This document shows, in pieces, positions 41,465 to 56,563 of a stretch of DNA of 64,000 nucleotides; position 1 is the first letter of the stretch, and each line of letters opens with the position of its first letter. The stretch is from the NCBI RefSeq assembly GCF_009914755.1, contig NC_060928.1, one strand, 5' to 3'. The notes beneath the pieces were generated by a model that was not told where the DNA came from, did not search any database, and was given only the letters and a program-made list of their open reading frames with translations. The stretch is from the human T2T-CHM13v2.0 reference genome, Homo sapiens. A program made the translations under genes and the position numbers.

Positions 41465-42473
41465 ACGAGGAAAAACCAGCACAAAAAGGCTGAAAATTCC
41501 AAAAACCAGAATGTATGTTCTCCAAAGAAACACAACTCCTGGCCAGCAAGGGAACAAAACTGGACAGAGAATGAGTCTGATGAATTGACAGAAGTAGGCT
41601 TCAGAAGGTGGGTAATAACAAACTCATCCAAGCTAAAGGAGCATATTCTAACACAATGCAAGGAAGCTAAGAACCTCAAAAAAAAGGTTAGACAAATTGC
41701 TAACTAGAATAACAAGTTTAGAGAAGAACATCAATGACCTGATGGAGCTGAAAAACACAGCACGAGAACTTCATGAAGCACACACAAGTATGAATAGCCA
41801 AATCAATCAAACAGAAGAAAGTATATCAGAGATTGAAGATGAAATTAATGAAATAAAGTGTGGAGACAAGATTAGAGAAAAAAGAATGAAAAGAAATGAA
41901 CAAAGCCTCTGAGAAATATGGGACAATGTGAAAAGACCCAACCTATGTTTGATTGGTATACCTGAAAGTGATGGGGAGAATGGAACCAAGTTGGAAGATA
42001 CTCTTCAGGATATTATCCAGGAGAACTACCCGAACCTAGCAAGGCAGGCCAACACTCAAATTCAGGAAATACAGAGAACACCACAAAGATACTCCTTGAG
42101 AAGAGCAACCCCAAGACACATAATTGTCAAATTCACCAAGGTTGAAATGAAGGAAAAAATGTTAAGGGCAGCCAGAGAGAAAGGTCAGGTTACCCACAAA
42201 GGGAAGCCCATTAGACTAACAGTGGATCTCTCAGCAGAATGCCTACGAGCCAGAAGAATCATTTTTAAAGAAAAGAATTTTCAACCCAGAATTTCATATT
42301 CAGCCAAACTAAGCTTCATAAGTGTGGAAGGAGAAATAAAATCCTTTACAGACAAGCAAATGTTGAGAGATTTTGTCACCACCAGGCCTGCCTTAAAAGA
42401 GCTCCTGAAGGAAGCACTAAACATGGAAAGGAAAAACTGGTACTAGACAAGGCAAAAACATACCAAATTGTAA
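41465..42473 (+). pseudogene. L1 ORF1 (disrupted)
   Basis: KRPNLCLIGIPESDGENGTKLE...RATPRHII...FQPRISY..KLSF; start codon decayed to ACG; stops. Confidence 0.9.
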
Positions 42474-44738
42474 AGACTGTCTACACTGTGAAGAAACTGC
42501 ATCAACAGGCAAAATAACCAGCTAGCATCATAATGACAGGATCAAATTCACACATAACAATATTAACCTTAAATATAAACAAGATAAATTCCCCAATTAA
42601 AAGACATAGACTGGCAAATTGGATAAAGAGTCAAGACCCATTAGTGTGCTGTATTCAGGAGACTCATCTCATGTGCCAAGACACATATAGGCACAAAATA
42701 AAGGGATGAAGTAATATTTAACAAGCAAATGGGAAAAAAAAGCAGGGGTTGCAATCATAGTCTCTGATAAAAAGGGACTTTAAAACAACAAGATAAAAAA
42801 GACAAAGAAGGGCATTACATAATGATAAAGGGATCAATGCAACAAGAAGAACTAACTATCCTAAATATATATGCACCCAATAGAGGAGCATTCACATTCA
42901 TAAAGCAAGTTCTTACAGGCATACAAAGAGACTTAGACTCCCAAACAATAATAGTGGGAGACTTTAACACCCCACTGTAAATATTAGACAGATCAATGAG
43001 ACAGAGTATTAACAAGGATATTCAGGATTTGACCTCAGCTCTGGAACAAGCTGACCTAATAGTCCTTTACAGAGCTCTCCACCCTGAATCAACAGAATAT
43101 ACGTTGTTCTCAGCACCACATCACATTTATTCTAAAATTGACCACATAATTGGAAGTAAAACACTCCTCAGCATACACAAAAGAATGGAAATCATAACAG
43201 TCTCTCAGACCACAGTGCAATCAAATTAGATCTCAGGATTAAGAAACTCACTCAAAACCACACAACTACATGGAAACTGAACAACCTGCTCCTGAATGAC
43301 TACTGGGTAAATAACCAAATGAAGGCACAAATAAATAAGTTATTTGAAACCAATGAGAACAAAGGCACAACATACCAGAATATCTGGGACGTAGCTACAG
43401 TGTGTTTAGAGGGAAATTTATAGCACTAAATGCCCACAGGAAAAAGTGGGAAAGATCTTAAATCCACACCCTACCATCACAATTTAAACAACTAGAGAAG
43501 CAAGAGTACACGAATTCAAAAGCTAGCAGAAGACAAGAAATAACTAAGATCAGAGCAGAACTGAACGAGACAGAGATGCGAAAAACCCTTCAAAAAATCA
43601 ATGAATCCAGGAGCTGGTTTTTTGAAAGTATTAACAAAATAGATAGACTGCTAGCCAGACTAATAAAGAAGAAAAGTGAGAAGAATCAAATAGACACAAT
43701 AAAAAAATGATAAAAGGGATATCAGCATTGATCCCACAGAAATACAAACTACCATTAGAGAATACTATAAACACCTCTATGCAAATAAACTAGAAAATCC
43801 AGAACAAATGGATAAATTCCCGGACGCATAGACCCTCCCAAGACTAAACCAAGAAGTCAAATCTCAAAATAGACCAATAACAAGCTCTGAAATTGAGGCA
43901 GTAATTAATAGCCTACCAACCAAAAAAAGCCCAGGACCAGACAGATTCACGGCTGAAATCTACAAGAGGTACAAAGAGGAGCTGGTACCATTTCTTCTGA
44001 AACTATTCCAAACAATAGAAAAAGAGGGACTCCTCCCTAACTCATTTTATGCGGCCAGCATCATCCTGATACCAAAACCTGGCAGAGACACAACAAAAAA
44101 GGTAAATTTCAGGCCAATATCCCTGATGAACATTGATGTGAAAATCCTCAATAAAATACTGGCAAACCGAATCCAGCAGCACATCAAAAAGCTAATCCAC
44201 CATGATCAAGTTGGCTTCATCCCTGGGATGCAAGGATGGTTCAACATACACAAATCAAAAAATGTAATCCATCCCATAAACAGAACCAATGGCAACAGCC
44301 ACGTGATTATCTCAATAGGTGTGGAAAAGGCCTTTGATAATATTCAATACCACTTCATCCTAAAAACTCTTAATAAAATAGGTATTGATGGGATGTATCT
44401 CAAAATAATAAGAGCTATTTGTGACAAACCCACAGTCAATATCATACTGAATGGGCAAAAGCTAGAAGCATTCCCTTTGAAAACTGGCACAAGACAAGAT
44501 TGCCCTCTCTTACCACTCCTATTCAACATAGTATTGGAAGTTCTGACCAGGGCAATCAGGCAAGAGAAAGAAATAAAGGGTATTCAATAGGAAGAGAGGA
44601 AGTCGGTGCACTCACCTTTGCTCATATGTAAGGACAGACCCTTCTATAGAAGTACCTTACCTTGCTGAGAATCAAAAAGAAAATGTTATATCCAAGTGCA
44701 ATTTCTTTTGTGGCACCACAACTTTATATATAACAATT

Positions 44739-44756
44739 TGGGGGCTCACCCATGAT
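44739..44756 (+). other. Primer binding site, tRNA-Pro-like
   Basis: TGGGGGCTCACCCATGAT vs Pro PBS TGGGGGCTCGTCCGGGAT. Confidence 0.75.
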
Positions 44757-45137
44757 TACATTCCCCTCCAGGGATGGTCTCTGGTTCTCTCTTGTGAGGA
44801 GGCGCACCCTGCTCCCTTGTGGCGGCCTCAGAAGTGAGAAATCTGAGCCCACCCAGTGCAAGGAATAACCCAAACTCTCAGCAACACGAAAAAAAAAATG
44901 GCCAGCAACCTAGCTTAAAGGATCCTCACACACTTGGTGACAACTCTGTGCACAGATCAAGGAAGGAGAAGCCACGGGAGCTGGTAAAGTATTTCCTTGG
45001 TGGTCGGGACCAAGGTAAGAAAGCCATGGGGGTGTTCAGTGAAGTACTCCTTGGTCGGGGTGGCTTAAAGGTTAGAAAGAGGTGAGACATCCCCATTCGG
45101 GGGGATTGAACCTCACACACTACTTCCAGTAGTAGAA

Positions 45138-45370
45138 AAGGCAAGAAATTTCCAGTGGGGAAATTGAGCCTCAACACAAAAGGCAAGAAATTTCCAGTGG
45201 GGGATATTGAGCCTCACCCCATAAGGCAAGAAATTTCCATTGAGGAAATTGAGCCTCACCCCAAAAGGCTTTACCCCTAAAGGCAAGAAATTTCCAGTGG
45301 GGAAATTGAGCCTCACCCCAAAAGGTGAGAAATTTCCAGTAAGGGAAATTGAAACTTGAACCTTACCCCA
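45138..45370 (+). repeat. ~42-bp tandem repeat (about 5 copies) in the leader
   Basis: Unit aaggcaagaaatttccagtggggaaattgagcctcacccca. Confidence 0.9.
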
Positions 45371-45381
45371 AAACCATCAAG

Positions 45382-46275
45382 ATGGGAAATACCCCGAGCA
45401 AGACAGGGAGCAAGGGGGATAAAGATGGTAACAAAGATATCCCCCCGGATACCCCCCTAGGTCTCATGCTAAAACACTGGAAGGATAATGAAAGGACGAA
45501 ACATAGGAAAAAGCAACAAATGATAAAATATTGCTGTTTTATTTGGACTCAGGGACCCATCCTCAAACCCTCAATCTTCTGGCCAAAGTTTGGGTCGAAT
45601 GCGGATGTAATGTGTCAGCTTCTAATCCGATATGTTAATGATAAAACTCTAGTGTCTCAAGAAGAACTAGGCTATGCCCTTTGTTGGAGGCAAGGACCTG
45701 CCCTCCTTTTTCCCTTAAAAACAAATACGGAAGAACCCAATCTGGCACCTCAAAATGAAAAGTCAGAGGAGCCAGCTCTCATGCCTAAAGATTTCAGCAC
45801 ATGGGATCCCCTAGACTATCTTCCCCTGTTCAGTGTCCCCAACCTTTCCCCACAGACAGCCACGGCCACCTCAGATCCTGTTCCAAATTCCCCCTCTACT
45901 CATAGCCTTATAACCCTGACTCTTGGGAATTACCATCCCATTAACCTGTTCCCTCCCAACCTAAATACTCCTCTCTAAAAGGACTCCAGTGTGAGGTAGA
46001 ACAATGTAAAAAAGATATTCAGAATTTCCCATTTCCCTCCATACCTAAGAGGTCAGCCCCGACCCTCTTCCCTTTGAAAGAGGTACCACAAGGAGGGGGG
46101 CCATTCGCTTTGTAAATGCTCCCCTAACCAGTTCAGAAGTCCAGGATTTTAAAAAGGAGCTTAAACCACTACTAGATGACCCTTACAGAGTAGCAGACCA
46201 ATTCTTAGGACCTCAGTTATACACTTGGGTCGAGTTAATGTCCATCTTGGGCATCCTCTTTTCAGGGAAGAAAGA
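45382..46275 (+). pseudogene. gag: HERV-IP gag 5' half (matrix to early capsid), truncated
   Basis: MGNTPSKTG...PLGLMLKHWKD...KYCCFIW...FWPKFGS, homologous to 11883-13030; frameshift near 45905; ends at a junction to purine-rich sequence. Confidence 0.88.
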
Positions 46276-46814
46276 GTAGCTCCACTCCCACTGGTCCCTC
46301 CCCTAGGGTAAGGGGAAGGGGAAGGGAGAACAGCAGCATAAGCAGCTGGCAGAGGCAGGGAAAGAACAGCAGAGAGAGAAAAAGAGAGAGAGAGGAAGAG
46401 AAAGAGAGGCAAAGAGGGAGTCAAAGAGAGAGAGAGAAAGAGACAAAGTCAAAGAGAGAAAGAGAAAGAGAAAGATAGAAGTAGTAAAGAGAAAATAGTG
46501 TACCCTATTCCTTTAAAAGCCAGGGTAAATTTAAAACCTATAATTGATAATTGAAGGTCTTCTCCATGACCCCATAACACTACAAAACCACCTTGTTGTC
46601 AGTATAAACAAGGGTGTAGCCTGAAAGCACTGAGGCCGCTGACAACCCATAGCCTTTCTAATCAAAAATCCTTAACGCAATAACCTGCGGATGGCCCACA
46701 TGCATTCAATCTGTAGCGGCAACCGGTTTGCTAACAGAAGAAAGTAGAAAAATAACTTTTAGAGGAAACCTCATTGTGAGCACACCTCATAAGGTCAGAA
46801 CTATCCTAAGTCCA

Positions 46815-46833
46815 AAATAAATAAATAAATGAA

Positions 46834-46864
<31 letters not shown>

Positions 46865-46866
46865 AA
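46815..46866. repeat. (AAAT)n microsatellite inside the HERV-IP element
   Basis: Direct observation. Confidence 0.9.
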
Positions 46867-48514
46867 ATGTAGCTTACTAACTCAAAAATCTTAAAGTATG
46901 GGGCTATTCTGTTAGAAAAAGATTATTTGACATTAACCACTGATAATTCCCTTAACCCGGCAGGTTTCCTAACATGGGATCTAAATCTTAATTAATTACC
47001 ATACAAAGGTCTGACCAGACCTAGGAGGAACTCCCTTCAGGGACAGGATGATACACAATGGGTATTCAGTAATTGATAGGGAAACTCTTGTAAATGCAGA
47101 GTTAGGGAAATTGCCTAATAATTGGTCTGCTCAACTGTGAGAGCTGTTTGCACTCAGCCAAGCCTTAAAGTACCTACAGAACCAGGCAGGAACCGTCTAT
47201 ACCAATTATAAGTTAATTTGGACTAAACAAGGTCTTATTAAAAGCAAAGAATAATTGAAATCCCAAATTTATAAGGTTTCCAACAAAAGTAATTTGCTAA
47301 AAGTTAACAGTGTAACATGTATCATCCTAACTTCTGATCTTGTGGCCTTAGACAGTCTAGTCCACAGACATGAAGAAAGTTTGCTTTGGAAAAGAATGGT
47401 TATTATCTTTGAGAAAAAAAAAAGTCGGGGGAGAATGTATGTAAAAAGGAATGTTATGTGGTAAATTCTTGTCCTAAAATAAATTAACTGGCTGTTTAAA
47501 GAAAGGGATGTTTGCAACAAGTCAGAAAGTTGAGGCATGTGGAAGAATTGTCTGTAAAAGTCGTGGGAAAAAAAAGTTATAAAAGGGAATTTATGCAAGA
47601 AATGTTGTATAATTTAAAAGTAATTAGGCCTCCTGATTGTAAAACTATTGAAGAAACAGTTTATGTGCAAGGTGTATAAGGAAAGTAAAATATACCTTTG
47701 GTAAAAGGATTATAAGGAGGCATAAGAATGTGGATTTTTACCTACATTAAAAGGTTAAAAACATATATATTTTGTTTTAAAGGTTTAAGCAAGTTTTGAA
47801 ATGTTAATTGCAAAGGAAATTCTGTGTGTAAACATATTGGCTAAAGTTAAAGGGGTATCATCCAGTTTTTCTGTGAAATGGATATTAAAATACAAGCACA
47901 ACAGGTTTTTCTTAAAGCACTAACCTACTCTTTAACAAAAATTATAAAAGGTTAAAAAGAGTCTATAAAAATCTTACCTATGGTCAGACATTAAAAGTTG
48001 AATAAATATGCCTACAAAGTTTTATTAAAATTAAGTTTAACATTAATAACACCAATATAAAGGTGAAATTTAGATTATCTGGTATAAAAATCATACAGGA
48101 AGCATTGTCAAATATAAAATGGTGTTTGGCTTTCTTTGGTCTAAAAGCTAATAAAAATAGGTGCTAAAGGAAATTTCTCAGTAAGAAGGCACCAAGGACT
48201 ACAAAGTCCACTGCTGATGTCCCCACATTTAAAACAAAGATAAATTTTTTAGAAATTATATACTTGGTTTATCTTCCACTTTAGTTTCCCTCAAAACTAA
48301 AAGTCTTTTATCACAGGTACCACCCCTAGAATTTCTAGTAAACCAGCACCAGCCTGAGGATCACGTTCTCATCAAAGGGTGGAAAGAAGGAAAACTCCAG
48401 CCAGCCTGGGAAGGACCCTACCTTGTGCTGCTAACCACCGAGACTGCTGTTCATACAGCAGAAAAGGGATGGACTCATCACACCTGAGTCAAGTAAGTGC
48501 CGCCCCCTCCAGAG

Positions 48515-50570
48515 TAGTGGGCCAAGGTCCCAGGGAAAGAACCCTACCAAACTAAAGCTAAGAAAAATTTAACTCTTTAATCTATCCTATTACTCTTTCT
48601 TCTTTCCTCACTCTATTGCTGACCATCTAATTATTGACATAACCAAGTCAATTTTGCCTCAAACTATTGCATTTAATGCTTGCCTTGTTATACCCCATGG
48701 GGACTTGTCAAGTCAAAAAGAGCTCTCTACTTCAGAAAAGTACCTCTGTCCCTCCTGACTCTCCTCAGACTAGGCATTAATTAATTGGGACCATTTAATC
48801 CGGGGAGATTTCGATAAAGACCCCAGTGACAACCAGGAAGTCTTGCTCCCCGATGTAGAGCTTTTATGCCATAGTTAGTCCAACATTCTGTGGACCACTA
48901 AAGAGCAAGGATGGACTACCCCAACAAGTTTTTGTAATTTCCTAAAACCATACATTAATTTTACTAGAGGGACAGCCCTCCCCTCTAATTGTCAGCTAAA
49001 CCAGTATAATTCTATACAGGTTATTATCTCAAACCCTCAAAGTTCTTCCCCTTTTCTAAGCCAGTTCCCTTCTTTAAGCCGGTTTTATGGTATAGGGGCT
49101 GAGGTTTCAGGGACAAACCCTATTAGATTATTTGAAATGCATTTCTTTGATCCCCCACCACCTGCACCTTCCTCTAAGTCTTCTTCCAAAACCTCTCACA
49201 CTGGAACCATTGCTCCTCCTCCATCTAACGACAAGACAAAGATAGCTATCATAAAAGTTGAAGACTTAAACTTTGGCAATTAAGACAGGATACCAAGATG
49301 CAAATGCCTGGTTGGAATGGATCAAATATTCTGTCTGCACATTAAACAAAAGCAATTATTATGCTTGTGCGCATAGCAGGCCAGAGGCCCAGATTGTCCC
49401 CTTTCCACTAGGGTGGTCCTCCAGTCTACCAGGCATGGGCTGCATGGTAACTGTTTTGCAGGATTCTACAGCCTGGGGTAACAAGTCATGCCAAGCTCTC
49501 TCTCTGCCATGTCCCGAAGTCCAACACCCTGCGGGTCAGCCCCCGAGGGCCCTCCAGCTTCCACCTCCCAAAACTAAGTTCACTTCATGTCTCTCACTGC
49601 AGGGAAGAAACTTAGTGTTCCTTGGAGACCTGAAGGAATGCAGTGAGCTTAAGAACTTTCAAGAGCTTACCAATCAGGCAGCCCTTGTTCATCCCCAAAT
49701 GGATGTGTGATGGTATTGTGATGGACCTTTACTGGACACTCTGCCAAATAACTGGAGTGGCACTTGTGCTTTAGTACAATTGGCTATCCCTTTCACCAAG
49801 GAATTTCATCAACCAGAGGAAGGAAAAATAAGACATCGTAAAGCAAGAGAAGCCCCTTATGGGTCTTGACTCTCACGTCTATTTAGACACACTTAGAGTC
49901 CCACAGGGAATACCAGATCAATTTAAAGCCTGAAATCAAATAGCTGCAGGATTTGAACCAATATTTTGGTAGGTGACAATTAATAAAAATGTAGATTGGA
50001 TAAACTACATTTACCACAACCAACAGCGATTTATTTACTACACTAGAGATGCTGTTAAAGGAACAGCTAAACAATTAGGGGCCACTAGACAGACGGCTGG
50101 GGAAAATAGGATAGCCCTAGACATGATATTAACAGAAACAGGAGGAGTTTGTGTCATGATTAAAACTCAATGTTGCACCTTCATCCCAAACAACACCACC
50201 CCTAATGGAAATATAACAAAGGCATTGCAAGGTCTGACTGCCCTGTCCAATGAGTTAGCCAGCAACTCAGGGGTAAATAACCCCTTTACAGGATGGCTAA
50301 AAAAGTGGTTTGGTAAATGGAAAGGAATAATAGCCTCAATTCTTACTTCCCTCACAGATATAATGTGTGTACTTATTCTTGTTGGGTGCTGCGTCATACC
50401 ATGCATCCGTGGGTTAATGCAGAGGCTCATAAAAACAGCACTTACTAAAACCTCCTTTAACTATCCTTCACCTTATCCAGAGAAGCTTCTTCTTTTGAAA
50501 AATCAAGCAAAACAACTAAGCCAAGACATGTTTTAAAAAAAAGTTTGAAAAGAAAGCTGTAAGGAAATAT
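48515..50570 (+). pseudogene. env: HERV-IP env (disrupted)
   Basis: NAWLEWIKYS, furin site RKAR, ENRIALDMILTETGGVCVMIKTQCC (CX6CC), TM ILVGCCVIPC; stops and frameshifts in SU. Confidence 0.88.
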
Positions 50571-50734
50571 AAGGGGAGGGGTTGTTAGATATGAGTTCTA
50601 AATTTCTTTTCCAAGAATCAATATGTCAGTATGTTCAATTCTTTATCTTCTACTTTTAAACTTAACTTCCTCATAAAGCAACTTTTTTCATTTTAAACTT
50701 AACTTCCTGATAAAGCAACTTTTTTCAATTACCT

Positions 50735-50906
50735 GCTTCACCCTGATTCATTTCAATCACCTGCTCCACCCTGACTCATTCTGATTACCTGCTCCACCTT
50801 GACTCATTTCAATCACCTGCTCCACCCTGACTCATTCTGATTACCTACTCCACCATGACTCATTCTGATTACCTACTCCACCCTGACTCATTCTGATTAC
50901 CTGCTC
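50735..50906 (+). promoter_or_regulatory. 28-bp tandem array of AP-1 motifs in LTR10 U3
   Basis: TGATTCA at 50744 and TGACTCA at 50772, 50800, 50828, 50856 and 50884; exact 28-bp period. Confidence 0.88.
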
Positions 50907-51143
50907 TGTCATAACCATTTTCCCCACAAAACCACTCACCCCGTCACTCTTTAAATTAGCCAGTCAGAATTAGTTTAGCCTGTGTGGCCTAACCCTAGCC
51001 AATAGGGGAATGACACAGCAGCAGGGGCCACGTGCATCAGGGATAAGAACCCCTTCCCCTCCCTTGTTCAAGTGTGCACTCACCATTGCTCCATCTGTAA
51101 GGGTGCACCCTTCTATAGAAGTACCTTGCCTTGCTGAGAATAA

Positions 51144-51341
<198 letters not shown>

Positions 51342-53169
51342 TGAACTCCCATTTGCAATTGCTACAAAGATAATTAAATACCTAGGAATAAAACTTACAA
51401 GGGATGAGAAGGACCTCTTCAAGGAGAACTACAAAACACTGCTCAAGGAAATAAGAGAAGACACAAACAAATGGAAAAACATTCCATACTCATGGATAGG
51501 AAGAATCAATATCATGAAAATGGCCATAATGCCGAAAGTAATTTATAGATTCACTGCTATCCCCATTAAGCTGCCACTGACTTTCTTCACAGAATTAGAA
51601 TAAACTACTTTAAATTTCATACAGAACAAAAAAAGAGCCCACATAGCCAAGACAATTCTAAGCAAAAAGAACAAAGCTGGAGGCATCATGCTACCTGACT
51701 TCAAACTATAATACAAGGCTACAGTAACCAAAACGGCATGGTACTGGTACCAAAACAGATATATAGACCAATGGAACAGAACAGAGGCCTCAGAAATAAC
51801 ACCACACATCTACGACTATGACCATCTGATCTTTGACAAACCTGACAAAAACAAGCAATGGAGAAAGGATTCCCTATTTAATAAATGGTGTTGGGAAAAC
51901 TGGCTAGCCATATGCAGAAAACTGAAACTGGACCCCTTCCTTACACCTTATACAAAAAGTAACTCACGATGGATTAAAGAATTAAATGCAAGACCTAAAA
52001 CCATAAAAACACTAGAAGAAAACCTAGGCAATACCATTCAAGACAAAAGCATGGTCAAAGACTTCATGAGTAAAACACCAAAAGCAATGTCAATGAAAGG
52101 CAAAATTAAAGAGCTTCTGCACAGCAAAAGAAACTATAATCAGAGTGAACAGGCAACCTACAGAATGGGAGAAATTTTTTGCAATCTATCCATCTGACAA
52201 AGGGCTAATATCCAGAATCTACAAGGAACTTAAACAAATTTACAAGAACTAAACAAACCACCCAATCAAAAAGTCAGTGAAGAATATGAACAGATCCTTC
52301 TCAAAATAAGACATTTATGCAGTCAACAAACATGAAAAAAAGCTCATCATCACTGGTCAGTAGAGAAATGCAAATCAAAACTACAATGAGATACCATCTC
52401 ACACCAGTTTGAACGGCAATCATTGAAAAGTCAGGAAACAACAGATGCTGGAGAGGATGTGGAGAATAGGAACACTTTTACATTGTTTGTGGGAGTGTAA
52501 ATTAGTTCAACCATTGTGGAAAACAGTGTGGCAATTCTTCAAGGATCTAGAACCAGAAATATCATTTGACCCAGCAATCCCTTTACTGGGTATACACCCA
52601 AAGGATTATAAATCATTCTATTGTAAAGACACATGCATACGTACGTTTATTGCAGCACTATTCACAATAGCAAAGACTTAGAATCACCCAAATGTCCATC
52701 AGTGACAGGCTGGATAAAGAAAATGTGGCACATATACACCATGGGATACTATGTAGCCATAAAAAGGATGAGTTCATGTCCTTCGCAGGGACATGGATGA
52801 AGCTGAAAACCATCATTCTCAGCAAACTAACACAGGAACAGAAAACCAAACACTGCATGTTCTCACTCATAAGTAGGAGTTGAACAATGAGAACATCGAC
52901 ACAAGAAGGGGAACATCACACACTGGGGCCTGTCAGGGGGTGGGGGGCTAGGGGAGGGATAGCATTAGGAGGAATACCTAATGTAGATGACTAGTTGATG
53001 GGTGCAGCAAACTACCATGGCATGCATATACCTATGTAACAAACCTGCACGTTCTGCACATGTATCCCAGAAAAAGTGTAATTTAAAAAACAGAAATAAA
53101 TAAAAACAGAACAACAGCAGTAAAAACAAAATACATAAATTAATTAATTAAAATAAAATAATATAAAAA

Positions 53170-54025
53170 TAAAAAGTGGGCAAAGGACATGAACAGACAC
53201 TTCTTGAAGTAAGACATACACGTGGCCTACAAACATGAAAAAATAGTCAACATCACTAATCATTAGAGAAATGTAAATCAAAACCACGATGAAATCACCA
53301 TCTCAGAAACCAGTTAGAATGGCTATTACTAACACTAAAAAGTCATAAAAATGTTGGCAAGTTTGCAGGGGAAGGAGAACACTTTCATATGGTTAGTGGG
53401 AATGTAAATTACTTCAGCCACCATGGGAAGCAGTTAAGAGATTTCCCAAATAACTTAAAACAGATCTACCATCAACCCAGCATTCCCATTACTGGGTATA
53501 TACCCAAATAAATAAAACTCATTCTACCAAAAAGACACGTGTACCTTTATGTTCATTGCAGCACTATTCACTATAGCAAAGACATGGAATCAATCTAGAT
53601 GTCCATCGGTGGTGAAAAGAATAAAGAAAACATGGTACCTACACATCATGGAATACTATACATCCCTAAAAAATGAAATCATGTCCTTTGCAACAACATG
53701 GTGCAGCTTGAAGCCATTATCCTAGGTGAATTAATGCAGAAACAGAAAACCAAATAACACATGTTCTCACTTATAAATGGGAGCTAAACATTGAGTATAC
53801 ATGGACACAATGAAAGGAAAAAAAGCCACCAGGGCCTACCTAGTGGGGTGATGGGAGGAGGGTAAGGGTTGAAAAACTACCTATTGGGTACCATGCTCAC
53901 TACCTTGGTGATGAAATCATTTGTACACCAAACCCCATGACATAAAATTTGCCCATGTAACAAATCTGCCTATGTACCTTCTGAACCTAAGATGAAAGTT
54001 GGAAAAATAAAAAATAAATAAATAC
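53170..54025 (+). mobile_element. L1PA15/16-like 3' fragment
   Basis: aagtgggcaaaggacatgaacagacac...gggttgaaaaactacctattgggtac...tgtacaccaaacccc...gaacctaagatgaaagtt. Confidence 0.8.
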
Positions 54026-54313
54026 CTAAAATTTCTCCACACCAGGAGAAGATACATCCCTTTGCATAAGCAAAATTGAACTGGTTCCTGGTAGTAAGGA
54101 GAAAGATGAAGAGCACATTATTTAGAACCAGAGGAACCAGCAGACAGACTCACACAGTTCCCACCATGTTCCTGCTTAAATGTAGTACAGAACATGACGC
54201 CTGCCAATGAAAAATAAACAGTTGTTTTGCAATCTTATGAGAATAAACAGTAAAAAAAGAAAAGTTTAGTGGCGATATCAACATCTGGCAAAGACTTTCA
54301 ACAAAAAATATTA

Positions 54314-54615
<302 letters not shown>

Positions 54616-55248
54616 AATTGCCAGTGATAAAGAGGAGAATTTTATCATGATAAAAGAGCCAATCTATCTAGATGTTGTTACATCTGATAAAAATGGGTAG
54701 GAAAACAATAGCAATACAAATAACTGCAATCTTCAGTTTCAACTTTCGTATCTGTCCTTTATTCTGCCATTTTCCCTGCTTCACAAATTATCTCCTCACT
54801 GACCTGTTTCTTCCATCACTAGTTCACTTTTGATTTCTTCTCCTTTAGTCAAAAACAAGTTCAAAGCTTTGCCGTTCTAAAAGAAACTTTCTTAGGCACC
54901 CCCCACCTTTTATTATCTATGCAAGGCCCTTTCTCTTTCATTGCCTTTCGTAATCAAATTTTCTGAAAGTGTGGAGAAGTCTGTGCTTCTGGGATTCCCC
55001 TAAGATTCTGGGTTATCTTTTGCTAGTCAGATAAAAAGCAGTCTCATGCATCAGAGTATCCAGCAGTTATGGCAGCAGTAGGAATTCTAAGAGCAACAAA
55101 GCTGCTGCAAGGGCCAAAGCACTTTCTTTCTGATGAGGCTAACTGTGGTTTCTATTAGTTGCCACTAGATGTGCCCAGCTGGTTTACTCCTCTTTATTCA
55201 AAATTTAAAGAGCACTTACATAATTATAACAATTGAAAAACTGTTGAT

Positions 55249-55607
<359 letters not shown>

Positions 55608-56184
55608 CTAAAGACAATTTCATTTTATGGGCATTGAACAAGACAAAAAAATTAGACCTCAAGTCCAGAAAGATTTTTCTAGGTTTTTACCCAGCTAAAC
55701 TCTTTATTCTTTAACATTCACCAATATAATTTCCACTCCTACACCCCATCAAATCTTTATGGAAACCATTTTCATATTTCAGCAGTGGACTCTTAATTGT
55801 TAAAATCAATGAGTGATTGTCAATCATCGTACTATTTAACTCCTTTTATAATTTTGACATCATTCAATTATGAAAACCCACATCTCCATTAGCAGAGGGA
55901 GAAGTATTATGAAGCCAATGAAGTTTAAACTTCAAGATCCTTCACTTACATAGGACCTTTCCAACATGCTGGGAATAGCTCTAGAAATGTGTTCATATAA
56001 TAATATATTTTTAACTTGAAAAAGTAAGATATTAAACCTCAACTAATACTATATTCTCTATCCACATTGACTCCCACTCCATCACACTTCCTTCATATTA
56101 GGTGGCATTTGGTGTGACCATGGACATTTTGGAGATCTAACTAAGGAAAAACTGAGTTGAGAATGAATTTAGCTTAAATTTAGA

Positions 56185-56563
56185 GGATTAGTCTGTTCTT
56201 GTGTTGCTATAAAGAACTACCTGAGACTGGGTAATTTACAAAGAAAAGACGTTTAATTGGCTCACAGTTCTGCAGGCTGTACAGGAAGCACTGCTGAGGA
56301 AGCCTCAGGAAACTTTCACGGCAGAAGGTGAAGGGGAAGCAGGCATGTCTTACATGGCTGGAGCAGGAGGGAGAGAGTGAAGTGGGAGGTGCTATACACT
56401 TTTAAACAACCAGATGTCGTGAGAACTCACTCACTGTCATGAGAACAGCAAGGGGTAAATCCACCCCCATGACCCAATCACTTCCCACCAGGCCCCTCAT
56501 TCAACACTGGGGGTTACAATTTGACATGAGATTTGGGTGGGGACACAAATCCAAACCATATCA
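56185..56563 (-). mobile_element. MSTA solo LTR (MaLR)
   Basis: attagtctgttcttgtgttgctataaagaactacctgagactggg...ggggacacaaatccaaaccatatca. Confidence 0.9.

Noticed and set aside
45349-45978. 209-aa gag ORF as a functional protein
   Set aside because: It frameshifts before capsid, loses PPPY, and the element has no 5' U3 promoter; residual openness is expected by chance.
50735-50906. 28-bp periodic repeat as a CRISPR array
   Set aside because: Head-to-tail units with no unique spacers, inside a primate LTR; no cas genes.
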